Positions 20,320-29,531 of a DNA stretch of 64,000 nucleotides are shown here, one piece after another. Below the pieces are notes generated by a model. That model did no database searches. It worked only from the letters and a program-made list of their open reading frames with translations, and had not been told where the DNA came from. How positions within the stretch are numbered: the first letter of the stretch is position 1; each line of letters opens with the position of its first letter. Position numbers and translations under genes: made by a program. Origin of the DNA: Candidatus Dormiibacterota bacterium (GTDB lineage: Bacteria; Chloroflexota; Dormibacteria; Aeolococcales; Aeolococcaceae); assembly GCA_963718525.1 (NCBI GenBank), contig OY970355.1:2912001-2976000 (forward strand). Reading direction: 5' to 3'.

Positions 20320-21620
20320 CCCATGCCAACGGCGGCTCGCGTACGCTCTCGGTCGCGTCGCTCGCTCGCATCGAGGGCGAGGGGAGCATGCATGTGGTCG
20401 TGCGCGACGGGATTGTTCGGGACGTCGAGCTGCGCATCTTCGAACCACCCCGATTCTTTGAAGCGTTCCTCCGGGGACGCTCATACACCGAGCTCCCCGA
20501 TATTACCGCGCGCATCTGCGGCATCTGCCCGGTCGCCTATCAGATGAGTGCATGCCAGGCGATCGAGGACGCTTGCGACGTGATCATCGACGACCAGGTC
20601 CGCGCACTTCGCCGGTTGCTCTATTGCGGCGAGTGGATCGAGAGCCACACGTTGCACATCTATCTGCTCCATGCGCCCGACTTCCTCGGCTATGAGAGCT
20701 CTGTCGACCTGGCTCGGGATCATCGCGACATCGTCGAGCGGGGCCTCAAGCTCAAGAAGATCGGTAACGACATCCTCAACGTGCTCGGCGGACGCGCGAT
20801 CCATCCTGTCAACGTCCGCGTCGGCGGCTTCTACAGGGCGCCGCTGGTCGGCGATCTCGAGGCGCTCGCGGAGCGGCTCCAGTGGGCGCGGGATGCCGCG
20901 ATCACCACCGCGCGCTGGGTTGCAGGGTTCGAGTTCCCTGACCTCACGCTGGAGGGGGATCTGGTCGCGTTGCGCAACGACCACGAGTATCCGATCCTCG
21001 AAGGCCGCATCGCCTCGACCGCGGGCCTGGACATCGCCGTCTCGGACTTTCCCGACCATTTCACCGAAGAACACGTGGCGCATTCCACAGCGCTCCAGGG
21101 ACATGCTCGAACCGGCGACATGTACACGCTCGGACCCCTCGCCCGCTACAACCTCAACTTCGGTGTGCTGCCTCCGCTCGTCAAGCAGGTCGCAACCGAC
21201 GTCGGCGTCACCGGCAACTGTCGCAATCCGTTTCAGAGCATCATCGTCCGCGCCCTGGAGGTGGTCTTCGCCTGCGACGAAGCCCTGCGAATCATCGCCG
21301 CGTACGAGCCTCCGGCTGCGCCATATACCGAGATACCCGCGCGCAGCGGTACCGGGCATGGATGCACCGAGGCACCGCGAGGATCCCTCTACCATCGCTA
21401 CACCTTCGACGCCCACGGCATCATCAGTGATGCCGTCATCGTGCCGCCGACCTCACAGAATCAGCCATCGATCGAACACAGTCTTCGACAGTTCGTCCAG
21501 GATCGTCTCGATCTCGATGACGCCGAGCTGACCCGGCAGTGCGAGCAGGCGATTCGCAATTACGACCCCTGCATCTCCTGCGCTACCCACTTCCTCGATC
21601 TCAGCGTGGATCGCGGGTGA
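20316..21620 (+). CDS. hyhL: Group 3b [NiFe]-hydrogenase large subunit
   Basis: L1 [11 protein letters not shown]2 [10 protein letters not shown] followed by a cleavable tail; EAPRG. Confidence 0.95.
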   Translation: MTHANGGSRTLSVASLARIEGEGSMHVVVRDGIVRDVELRIFEPPRFFEAFLRGRSYTELPDITARICGICPVAYQMSACQAIEDACDVIIDDQVRALRRLLYCGEWIESHTLHIYLLHAPDFLGYESSVDLARDHRDIVERGLKLKKIGNDILNVLGGRAIHPVNVRVGGFYRAPLVGDLEALAERLQWARDAAITTARWVAGFEFPDLTLEGDLVALRNDHEYPILEGRIASTAGLDIAVSDFPDHFTEEHVAHSTALQGHARTGDMYTLGPLARYNLNFGVLPPLVKQVATDVGVTGNCRNPFQSIIVRALEVVFACDEALRIIAAYEPPAAPYTEIPARSGTGHGCTEAPRGSLYHRYTFDAHGIISDAVIVPPTSQNQPSIEHSLRQFVQDRLDLDDAELTRQCEQAIRNYDPCISCATHFLDLSVDRG

Positions 21621-22078
21621 GCGGCCCGACGGTTGTCATTGGGATCGGCAACCGCTTCCGTCGGGATGACGGCGCAGCACTGCGCGTCATCGAGATGCTG
21701 ATCGATCGCGTTCCGACGTCCGTGCTTCTTGTGGAAAGTGACGGTGAGCCAACCAGGCTCATCGATTCCTGGACGGATGTTCAGCTCGCCGTCGTCATCG
21801 AGACAGTCCGCCGTGGCGAACTCCCAGGAGCGGTCGCCGCTGTCGAGTTGGAGAAGTGGACTGGGCCAACTGCGCCCCCCCATCGCGAACACGGTTCGCA
21901 CAGCCTCGGGGTGCTCGAGGCGATGGCGCTCGGCGACGCCGTCGGTCGCATGCCGGACCGCCTCCACCTCATCGGCATCGAACCTGCGGACATTGGATGG
22001 GGTCAGGGACTCTCGCCCGCCGTTGCGACGAGCATCGACACCGCCACGCGCCTCGTCCTCGACTACCTGGGCGCGTAG
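21617..22078 (+). CDS. Hydrogenase maturation endopeptidase
   Basis: [24 protein letters not shown]...GLSPAV. Confidence 0.9.
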   Translation: MSGPTVVIGIGNRFRRDDGAALRVIEMLIDRVPTSVLLVESDGEPTRLIDSWTDVQLAVVIETVRRGELPGAVAAVELEKWTGPTAPPHREHGSHSLGVLEAMALGDAVGRMPDRLHLIGIEPADIGWGQGLSPAVATSIDTATRLVLDYLGA

Positions 22079-23817
22079 CCCCCTCGCGCAGGCGCAAGCG
22101 GACGCACACGTCTGTAGACGGGCTCCCATATGGCCGCCCGGACCTGCGTGCTGGCGTCAGCCACCTGCGCGCGAGCCAATCCCTCACTGCTCGCTGCTCG
22201 CGCCACGGCGGCCGCGACTCGCAACGACACGTCTCTCACTTGGTCCACCGGCGGCATGACGGGTGCCCCCGGACGCGAGGCGTCCACGAACTCCGCGACC
22301 GCATCCGCAGCAGCCAGCAGCATGCCGTCGCTGACCGCGCGGGCTCTAGCCACGAGGGTGCCGAGCCCAAGGCCCGGAAAGACCAGTGCATTGTTCGCCT
22401 GGCCGATCGTGTACGTCAAACCCGCGTGCTCGACCGGAGGGAACGGGCTGCCGGTTGCGATCAGGGCGCGGCCATCGCTCCACCAGATCAGGTCCGACGG
22501 TATCGCCTCTGAGAGGGAGGTCGGGTTCGACAGCGCGAAGACGATCGGCCGGTCGGCGTGGGCAGCCATCTCGCGAACCACCTCCTCGGTAAACGACGAG
22601 GGCTGGGCGGCGCAGCCAATCAACACCGTGGGCTGCACCGTTCGCACCACTTCGAGCAGACCGATCTCACCTTCGTCACGTTGCCAGGTGCGTACCTCGG
22701 TGCCAGTGCGGGCGTACGTGCGCTGGAAATCGCGCATCCCGGCGGCCATGCCCTCGACGAGGAGACCATGGCTGCCCAGACACCAGACCCGGCGTCTCGC
22801 CGCGTCGACTGGCATGCCCTCGCGCACCATCGCGCTGCAGATGAAGTCGGCGATGCCAACTCCGGCGGTCCCGGCACCGAACACCACGACGCGCTGGTCG
22901 CTGAGAGTGGCCCCCGCGGCGCGCACTGCCGCCATTACCCCGCCGAGCACGACTGCCCCGGTTCCCTGCATGTCGTCGTTGAACGTGCAGGTCGTCGCGC
23001 GATAGCGATCGAGAATCCGGCGCGCGTTGCCGGCGCCGAAGTCTTCCCAGTGGAGGAGCGCGTTGGGGTAGCGAGACGTCGCAGAGCGGACAAACCGATC
23101 GATGAACGCGTCGTAGAGGTTCCCGCGCACACGCGGGTGCCGAGCGCCCATGTACGCCGGGTACTTGAGCAACTCCTGGCGATCCGTGCCGACGTCGAGC
23201 ATCACCGGAATCGCCCAGGTGGGGTCGATTCCCGCGGCGGCGGTATACACCGCGAGCTTGCCGACGGAGATCGCGATGCCTCCGACCCCCCAGTCGCCGA
23301 TGCCGAGGATCTGTTCGGCGTCGGTCGCGACGATCAGGTCGATGTCTTCGGGAGCAGCACCATAATTCTTGAAGGCCACGTCGATATCGTCTGGGTCGTC
23401 AACGCAGAGGTACACGCCACGCGGGCGTTGGAATTCCTTGCTGTACCGTTCAATCGCATCGCCGACCGTGGGCGTGTAGACGATCGGGAGCATCTCGGCG
23501 AGATGCTCGCTGAGGACCCGGTAGTACAGCACCTCGTTGCGATCGTGGAGCGAGTCCAGAAAGAGGTGCTTGGCGAGATCGTCGCCCTGGCGGCGATACT
23601 GCACGTAGGATCGCTCCGCCTGCAAATCGATTGTGGTGACCGCAGTTGGCAGCAGCCCCCGCAGCCCGAGAGCGGTCCGCTCCTGGAGCGTGAACGCGGA
23701 CCCCTTGTTGAGAACCGGTGCCTCAAGGATGTCCCGGCCGCGCCGGCTGGTCTCGTACGCGCCGTCGGGTGCGACCCGAAATGGCCGCTGCGGCTGCTGC
23801 GATTCCGGCCGTGCCAT
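22063..23817 (-). CDS. maeA: NAD-dependent malic enzyme
   Basis: LNKGSAFT, PIVYTPTVG, ILGIGDWG, WEDF, FNDDMQGTG, GAGTAG, LSNPT, QANN. Confidence 0.95.
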   Translation of the reverse strand: MARPESQQPQRPFRVAPDGAYETSRRGRDILEAPVLNKGSAFTLQERTALGLRGLLPTAVTTIDLQAERSYVQYRRQGDDLAKHLFLDSLHDRNEVLYYRVLSEHLAEMLPIVYTPTVGDAIERYSKEFQRPRGVYLCVDDPDDIDVAFKNYGAAPEDIDLIVATDAEQILGIGDWGVGGIAISVGKLAVYTAAAGIDPTWAIPVMLDVGTDRQELLKYPAYMGARHPRVRGNLYDAFIDRFVRSATSRYPNALLHWEDFGAGNARRILDRYRATTCTFNDDMQGTGAVVLGGVMAAVRAAGATLSDQRVVVFGAGTAGVGIADFICSAMVREGMPVDAARRRVWCLGSHGLLVEGMAAGMRDFQRTYARTGTEVRTWQRDEGEIGLLEVVRTVQPTVLIGCAAQPSSFTEEVVREMAAHADRPIVFALSNPTSLSEAIPSDLIWWSDGRALIATGSPFPPVEHAGLTYTIGQANNALVFPGLGLGTLVARARAVSDGMLLAAADAVAEFVDASRPGAPVMPPVDQVRDVSLRVAAAVARAASSEGLARAQVADASTQVRAAIWEPVYRRVRPLAPARGGYAPR

Positions 23818-23847
23818 CAGGGTGCGAGGGTCGCAGAGCAGCTCAAG

Positions 23848-24270
23848 TCAATGAGCAACCATCACGGGCACTTTCGCGGTGTGAACGAGCTTGTTCGAGA
23901 CACTGCCCACGAGCATGCCGGTCAGGCTCGACAAGCCACGGCGCCCCACCACGATGAGATCCGCACCGCTCTCATCCGCAAAGTCAATGATCTTGCGCGG
24001 GACGTCGCGGGTGTGTGCTTGTAGCAGGTGACCGTGGGCGACGACTCCGCTCTCCTTCAACTGCTGAATCGCTGCCGCGACGACTGCCTGGGCCTCGGCG
24101 GGCGTTTCGAGATCCGGCGACATGCCTGCTTTTGAAGGCACGGGGTCGTGCTCGTGGACGTGGACCACCTCGACAGCTGACCCCGTCTTGACGGCAAGGC
24201 CGGCGGCCGCAGTCAGCGCGGCCCGAGAGAACTCAGAACCGTCGATCGCAACCACGATTTTGTCGAACAT
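23848..24270 (-). CDS. Universal stress protein (single domain)
   Basis: KIVVAIDGS, ADLIVVGRRG...GSVSNKLVHTAKVPVMV. Confidence 0.93.
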   Translation of the reverse strand: MFDKIVVAIDGSEFSRAALTAAAGLAVKTGSAVEVVHVHEHDPVPSKAGMSPDLETPAEAQAVVAAAIQQLKESGVVAHGHLLQAHTRDVPRKIIDFADESGADLIVVGRRGLSSLTGMLVGSVSNKLVHTAKVPVMVAH

Positions 24271-24382
24271 GTCGGTCGGCCTCCTGGTGATCTTCTGTCT
24301 TGTGTGCTTATAGCCTTCTGGCGGGTTCCCTGTCCACACAGCCCCTGATCCGGCGGCGCGTCCCCAACTCCCCACTTCATCC

Positions 24383-24421
24383 CGTTACCAAAGGCCCTCG
24401 AGAGAGGGGCCATTCGACACT
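24383..24421. promoter_or_regulatory. Paired DosR-like boxes between USP and 4-Cys protein copy 2
   Basis: CGTTACCAAAGGCCCT (24383-24398) and GGGGCCATTCGACACT (24406-24421). Confidence 0.6.
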
Positions 24422-24456
24422 GTGCGGCACATCCGGATCGCGACCAACATTGCGGT

Positions 24457-24705
24457 GTGCGCAACGCTGATCGTCTCTTCAGCATCGTGGACCCGAAAAC
24501 TCGCCGGCTGGTGGGCCTGTGCAGCGGGCCGGAAGAGGACGGCTCGTGCTTGACGACGCATGTGGGCACCCTCCCGTGTGAAGGGCTCCAGATCATTCCC
24601 CTGCACGGCACGTCCGTTGACGGATTGCCTTTCACGGTTTTCGGCGGACAGGCACCCGCCTGTCCACTCGCATGGGTCGACAGTGCGCGTCCGCGGGTGC
24701 CGTGA
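24457..24705 (+). CDS. Small 4-Cys protein, copy 2
   Basis: DPxT...CSGPxxDGxC...CxGL...GT...TV...CPLA shared with 9886-10131. Confidence 0.7.
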   Translation: MRNADRLFSIVDPKTRRLVGLCSGPEEDGSCLTTHVGTLPCEGLQIIPLHGTSVDGLPFTVFGGQAPACPLAWVDSARPRVP

Positions 24706-24738
24706 CCTGATCAAGGCAACGCAAGGCCAAGGCGGCGA

Positions 24739-25164
24739 TCACCGTGCCGCCCGAGGAGGAACGTTCTCGGGCACGTGCAGCAGAACGTCGGCCATCCGGA
24801 GCCAGATGGCGAGACCGAGAATCGCTGCTCCGATCGCGATGTAGGCGGCTTGCAACCACGCGAAGCCGATGACATTCCACTCCACGATCTCGAAGATGAT
24901 GATCGCCCCTCCGGCAATCGCCGACGCCGGAATGCCGAGACTCATGCGCAGGTGGACCAACCGGGCCGCGAGGAGTGCGGTGCCGCCCACCGCAACCGCC
25001 AGAACTATCGCGGGCACCGTGTAGTCGCTGAACGGACTCCCTGCGAGGGAGCTCAGCGGCACGTTGATCCATCCCACGAGGAGCGCGATGCCGCCCGCGA
25101 CGGCGGTAAGACCGAGAAACAGATTCAAGTCGAACAGCAACAAGCGGGCGGGGCTGCGACTCAT
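24739..25164 (-). CDS. Four-TM membrane protein, hypothetical
   Basis: FLGLTAVAGGIALL...LAGSPFSDYTVPAIVLAVAVGG; GGAGG RBS. Confidence 0.75.
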   Translation of the reverse strand: MSRSPARLLLFDLNLFLGLTAVAGGIALLVGWINVPLSSLAGSPFSDYTVPAIVLAVAVGGTALLAARLVHLRMSLGIPASAIAGGAIIIFEIVEWNVIGFAWLQAAYIAIGAAILGLAIWLRMADVLLHVPENVPPRAAR

Positions 25165-25244
25165 GGTGAACCTCCCCTGTCGTTCAGACGTCCGAGATGC
25201 GGTCGTGCATGCTCCAAGCTTCATGCCCGATCCGGCTGTGGGCA

Positions 25245-25282
25245 AGGGCCGAATCGCCTCGAGTCAGGTGACCCTCGACCCT
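25245..25282. promoter_or_regulatory. Paired DosR-like boxes
   Basis: AGGGCCGAATCGCCTC (25245-25260) and GGTGACCCTCGACCCT (25267-25282). Confidence 0.65.
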
Positions 25283-25469
25283 GGCAGGCGTCTCGGCCGA
25301 CGTGCAATCTCAGGGCAGAACACGGAGAGCCAGGGAGATCTGCAATGAGCGCTCAACCGTATGCCGCAACGAGTCAGCCCACCCGAGGCTCCAGGGGTGG
25401 TGGGATCGCCCTCGTCATCCTCGACGCCGCGCGGCCATCCGCAGCCGCGCGGGATTTGACGCCATCAGG

Positions 25470-26147
25470 ATGGAATCGGCGGTGAGACCCCGTACCGACG
25501 TGACCGCTCAGATCGACTCCGCTATAGACTTGTATTGGCTCCCGCTTGGCGCCGGCGGTCGCTTCGTACGCTGGAACGGACGTGCGTATGAAGCCCTGGC
25601 GGCGCTCTGGGAGCGGCGGAGGCCACAGGATCTCTATCACTCTGCACTTGAGGTCACACGCCCCGAAGGGCGATTCGTAATCGAGATGACACCGATTCCC
25701 GACGCCAACGGCGCTGAACGAGGCGTGGTGGCGGAAGGGGCTGTCGGGTCGCGGCTCGCCGCACGCTTTCGGCTGTTCCGTTATGAACTTCGTCGTTGGA
25801 AGGGCGGAGCCATCCCTGACGTCGACGAGGCCGTGGACAGCCCGGTGCACCTCAGCAGTGACGCAAGAGTCGCGTTCCGCCTCCTTGAGCTCGTGCCCAA
25901 GGTGCCGAGACTTGTGTGGGGCCGCGACGAGCTGCGGGCGGGTGACATGTGGAACTCGAATTCGGTAGTGTCGTGGCTGCTCGCGCGCGCAGGCCTCAAC
26001 GTCGACGCGATCCGACCCCCAGCGGGAGGACGGGCACCCGGCTGGAAGGCCGGCCTTGTTGCTGCGAAACGGCCGTTACTTCAGCGCAGACCATCGAGCC
26101 ATTCCGCAGCCCAGGAACTCAGGTTCCGGGGATGCGCCTGCCCGTGA
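25470..26147 (+). CDS. Conserved hypothetical protein, possibly permuted papain-like fold
   Basis: IDLYWLPLGAGG, DLYHSALEV, WNSNSVVSWLL; start uncertain. Confidence 0.65.
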   Translation: MESAVRPRTDVTAQIDSAIDLYWLPLGAGGRFVRWNGRAYEALAALWERRRPQDLYHSALEVTRPEGRFVIEMTPIPDANGAERGVVAEGAVGSRLAARFRLFRYELRRWKGGAIPDVDEAVDSPVHLSSDARVAFRLLELVPKVPRLVWGRDELRAGDMWNSNSVVSWLLARAGLNVDAIRPPAGGRAPGWKAGLVAAKRPLLQRRPSSHSAAQELRFRGCACP

Positions 26148-26536
26148 CCTCATCCATCGAGATCCGCACCCAGTGTTGGGTGGACCGCGTTGCCCACGAA
26201 TGCAGCGGCCCCCGCCGCAACGCTTCCAGCTCGTCTCCGTCGGCGATCTCGCGCGCCGTCCCCTTGACAAGGACACTCCAACCGGCGTGGTACAGCGGAC
26301 GGCTGTCGTCGACCTCGAAGACGACCGGTGCGCCAGCACCGATGGCGCTCAACTTGGTCCCCGGCTCGGTGCAGAAGACGATGGACTCCTCGTCGGCGAG
26401 GTAGTTGACGGGGAGAATCAGCGGCCGCCCATCGACGACGAAGCCAACCCTCCCCACGTATGCATGGAACTGGAGGAGTTCGATCGAACTCGTTCCTGCT
26501 GAGTTCGTGCACTCTCGTTTGGGTCTTGTTCTCCAT
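26119..26536 (-). CDS. Pyridoxamine 5'-phosphate oxidase-like FMN-binding protein; +1 frameshift at 26486-26491
   Basis: Removing one base gives ELSRNESIELLQFHAYVGRVGFVVDGRPLILPVNY...FEVD...GWSVLVKG. Confidence 0.85.
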
Positions 26537-26547
26537 TCGCTCTCCTC

Positions 26548-27222
26548 TCACGACCAATCGTTGGGATGTCGTTTGCTCGCACCGCGCCGCGCCATGAACG
26601 CGGCCGCCTCCGCTCGGCGTGACAACCCCAGCTTCATGAGGATATTGGACACGTAGTTCTTCACCGTCTTTTCGGCGAGGAACACCTTCTCGGCGATCTG
26701 ACGGTTGGTCATCCCCTCTGCGACCAGGTCGAGGATCTTCCGCTCCTGCGGGGTCAGGTCGGCGGTGCCATCGTCGGGCTGCGCCCCATCGCCGCGGAGC
26801 CGGGCGAGAACCCTCGCCGTCACGGTGGGGTCGAGCAACGATTCGCCTCGGGCAACCTGGCGGATGGCCCCGACAAGGTCGTTGCCGCGAACCTGTTTGA
26901 GGACGAAGCCGGCAGCGCCGGCCATGATCGAGCTGAACAGCGCCTCGTCGTCGGAGTGGGCGGTCAGCATCAGCACCTTGGTTTCGGGAAATGCCGACCG
27001 GATCTCGCGGCAGGCCTCGATCCCCGATCGGCCGGGAAGGCGGACGTCCATGACCACCACGTCCGGATGGGTGGCCTCGACCGCCTTGAGCGCCGCATCG
27101 GCGTCCGCGGCCTCGGCGACCACGGTGATGCCACCGACAGCCTCGAGGATGCTGCTGAGACCGCGGCGAACGAGTTCGTGGTCGTCGCAGAGCATGATGC
27201 GGATTGCGGGCTCGTCAGGCAC
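26548..27222 (-). CDS. dosR: DosR/DevR-like NarL-family response regulator
   Basis: DDHELVRRG, DVRLPG, recognition helix LAEKTVKNYVS as in DosR; context of USPs and double-GAF kinase. Confidence 0.8.
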   Translation of the reverse strand: MPDEPAIRIMLCDDHELVRRGLSSILEAVGGITVVAEAADADAALKAVEATHPDVVVMDVRLPGRSGIEACREIRSAFPETKVLMLTAHSDDEALFSSIMAGAAGFVLKQVRGNDLVGAIRQVARGESLLDPTVTARVLARLRGDGAQPDDGTADLTPQERKILDLVAEGMTNRQIAEKVFLAEKTVKNYVSNILMKLGLSRRAEAAAFMARRGASKRHPNDWS

Positions 27223-27253
27223 GTCTGCACTGTACCGCGTGGTGCGGCACCAT

Positions 27254-27292
27254 TCGGTCGATCGGCCCGCCGAGGTGATGACCTTATCCCCT
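27254..27292. promoter_or_regulatory. Paired DosR-like boxes (autoregulatory, divergent promoter)
   Basis: TCGGTCGATCGGCCCG (27254-27269) and GATGACCTTATCCCCT (27277-27292). Confidence 0.5.
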
Positions 27293-27336
27293 GGCCAGGT
27301 GTCGCTCCGCGCTCCACGATGGGGGCACGGCACGCC

Positions 27337-27829
27337 ATGAACACAATGCTTCTCCACGACTTCGCATACGTTCCCGTCTCCGCTGAGCGGGTATGCGATC
27401 GAACTCATGGCCGACGATGGGGAGTGGCTCGCTCCCCTCGCCACGGCTGCGTTGAGAGAGGGAGAGGCGCTTCGGCTCAGGATCGGACCGCTCGGTGCGG
27501 TGCCGTTGCTCGCCAAGACCGTGAGCCTGGAGGTCGGCGAGCCCCTCAAGCGTGATGAGGTGACCGTCGTACCGCTCACCTGGAAGGCGACGGCGACACC
27601 GGGGCTCTTTCCGGTGATGTGGGCCGATCTCGAGGTTGTGGCGCTTGATGCCGAGCTCACCCAGCTCACACTCAGGGGACGCTACGAACCTCCGCTCGGA
27701 GCCGTGGGGCGCCGGCTCGACCGGCTCCTTCTGCATCGCATCGCCGAGGCGAGTGTCCGTTCATTCCTCGACCGGCTGGTGGCGACGCTCACCTCAACGG
27801 AAGCCGCCGAAACCGCTGCCCTGAGCTGA
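27337..27829 (+). CDS. Hypothetical SRPBCC/START-like protein; +1 frameshift at 27401-27406
   Basis: MNTMLLHDFAYVPVSAERVCDR joins LMADDGEWLA when GAACTC is read as GACTC; LFPVMWADLEV...LRGRYEPPLG. Confidence 0.7.
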
Positions 27830-27920
27830 ACGCGACTGCCCTCGACCTTCTTCCGTCACGCCGTTGCGCGACGCGCCGCCGGCTCGTCAATGCAAGCGGT
27901 CGGGCTATGATCCTGATCGG

Positions 27921-29531
27921 ATGGCGCTCAGTGACAGCCGTGCGGCGCGTTTGCTCGACACAGGGCTGGCGCTGGCTGCAGAGCTGTCTCTCCCGACGCT
28001 TCTCCAGAGGATTGTCGACCTCGCCGTCGACCTGACTGACGCTCGGTACGGTGCGCTCGGGGTGCTGTCACCAGACGGGTCAGCCCTCAGCGACTTCATC
28101 ACGAGTGGGCTGAGCGCGGAGCAGCGTGTCGCTATCGGTGAATTGCCTCACGGGCTGGGCATCCTCGGCGTGCTCATCCGCGAACCCGCGATGCTCCGCA
28201 TCCGGGAGATCGCCGACGACTCGCGTGCGACAGGGTTTCCACCAAACCATCCGTCGATGCACTCGTTTCTTGGAGCGCCGATCCGAGCACACGGTCGCGT
28301 CTTCGGCAACATCTATCTCACGGACAAGAGAGGGGCGCGCGAGTTCACGCAGGACGACGAGGCGGCAGTCCTCGTGCTTGCGACGCAAGCCGGCGTCGCG
28401 ATCGCCAACGCGCAGCTGTACGCGGAGCTGCAGCAACGCGAACGCTGGCTGGACTCGGTGCGGGAGGTAACGACAACCCTGCTGTCCGGGGACACGGCGC
28501 TCAAAGCCCTGCAGTTGATCGCTCAGCACGCCCGCGAGCTCGGCGACGCGGATATGGCCACCATCAGCGTTCCGGATGGTCAGGGGCTGCGCATCATCGT
28601 TGCCGACGGCGCTGGCGCGCTCGATCTGCTTGACGTCGAAGTGCCACTTGCGGGTTCCCTCTCGGCGGAGGTGATCCGCACCGAGCGCACCATGATCGTG
28701 ACCGACGCGAGCCACTCGACATTGACGCAACCGATGGTGAGCGTCGCCGGCGTTGGCCCGATGATTCTGGTGCCGCTCGCCCTCCGGACGAGTACCGCCG
28801 GCGTCTTGGCTGTCGGCCGTGTTGCGGGCCGCCAGCCTTTCGGATCGGCGGATGCTCCGCTGCTCGAGAGCTTCGCCGAACAGGCGAGCGTCGCCCTTGA
28901 ATACGCTCGCGCCGTCTCAGAAATATCGCGCCTGGGAATGATCGAGGATCGGGAGCGAATCGCGCGCGACCTGCACGACGGCGTCATCCAGTCGCTGTTC
29001 GCAGTTGGCATCGGACTGCAAGGAACCGCCGCGGTCGTCGGCGATTCGCGTCTCGCCGATCGCATCCAGCAGTTCGTCAGCGAGATCGATCGTGTGATCG
29101 GCGACGTGCGCAGTTACATCTTCGGTTTGCGACCGAGCGTGCTGACGGCGGGCAACCTCAGCAACACCCTGGAGCAGCTCGCCCACGAGGTTGAGGAGCG
29201 GACCGGGGTCACCGTGATCGTTGAGATCGACGCTTCACTGGAGAGCGCGCTCGCCGACGGGTCCGCGCAGATCGTGCATATCGTTCGCGAGGCGCTGTCG
29301 AACATGGGACGTCATTCGGGCGCGACGACGTGCCGGGTCTCGATTCTCCGTCACGACGCAGCTGCGGTCATTCAGATCGACGATGACGGGCAGGGTTTCG
29401 ACGCCAACTCGGCGCCGCGGGGTATGGGGTTGGGGAACCTTGTGGAGCGAGCCGAGGCTATCGGCGGCCAATTGGAGATCGAGTCGAAACCCGGATCGGG
29501 CACCACGATCACCGTGACAGTCCCACTGTGA
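27921..29531 (+). CDS. dosS: DosS/DosT-like GAF-GAF histidine kinase
   Basis: ARYGALGV, GFPPNHPSMHSFLGAP (heme-ligand His position kept), RERIARDLHDGVIQ, EALSN, DDGQG. Confidence 0.85.
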   Translation: MALSDSRAARLLDTGLALAAELSLPTLLQRIVDLAVDLTDARYGALGVLSPDGSALSDFITSGLSAEQRVAIGELPHGLGILGVLIREPAMLRIREIADDSRATGFPPNHPSMHSFLGAPIRAHGRVFGNIYLTDKRGAREFTQDDEAAVLVLATQAGVAIANAQLYAELQQRERWLDSVREVTTTLLSGDTALKALQLIAQHARELGDADMATISVPDGQGLRIIVADGAGALDLLDVEVPLAGSLSAEVIRTERTMIVTDASHSTLTQPMVSVAGVGPMILVPLALRTSTAGVLAVGRVAGRQPFGSADAPLLESFAEQASVALEYARAVSEISRLGMIEDRERIARDLHDGVIQSLFAVGIGLQGTAAVVGDSRLADRIQQFVSEIDRVIGDVRSYIFGLRPSVLTAGNLSNTLEQLAHEVEERTGVTVIVEIDASLESALADGSAQIVHIVREALSNMGRHSGATTCRVSILRHDAAAVIQIDDDGQGFDANSAPRGMGLGNLVERAEAIGGQLEIESKPGSGTTITVTVPL

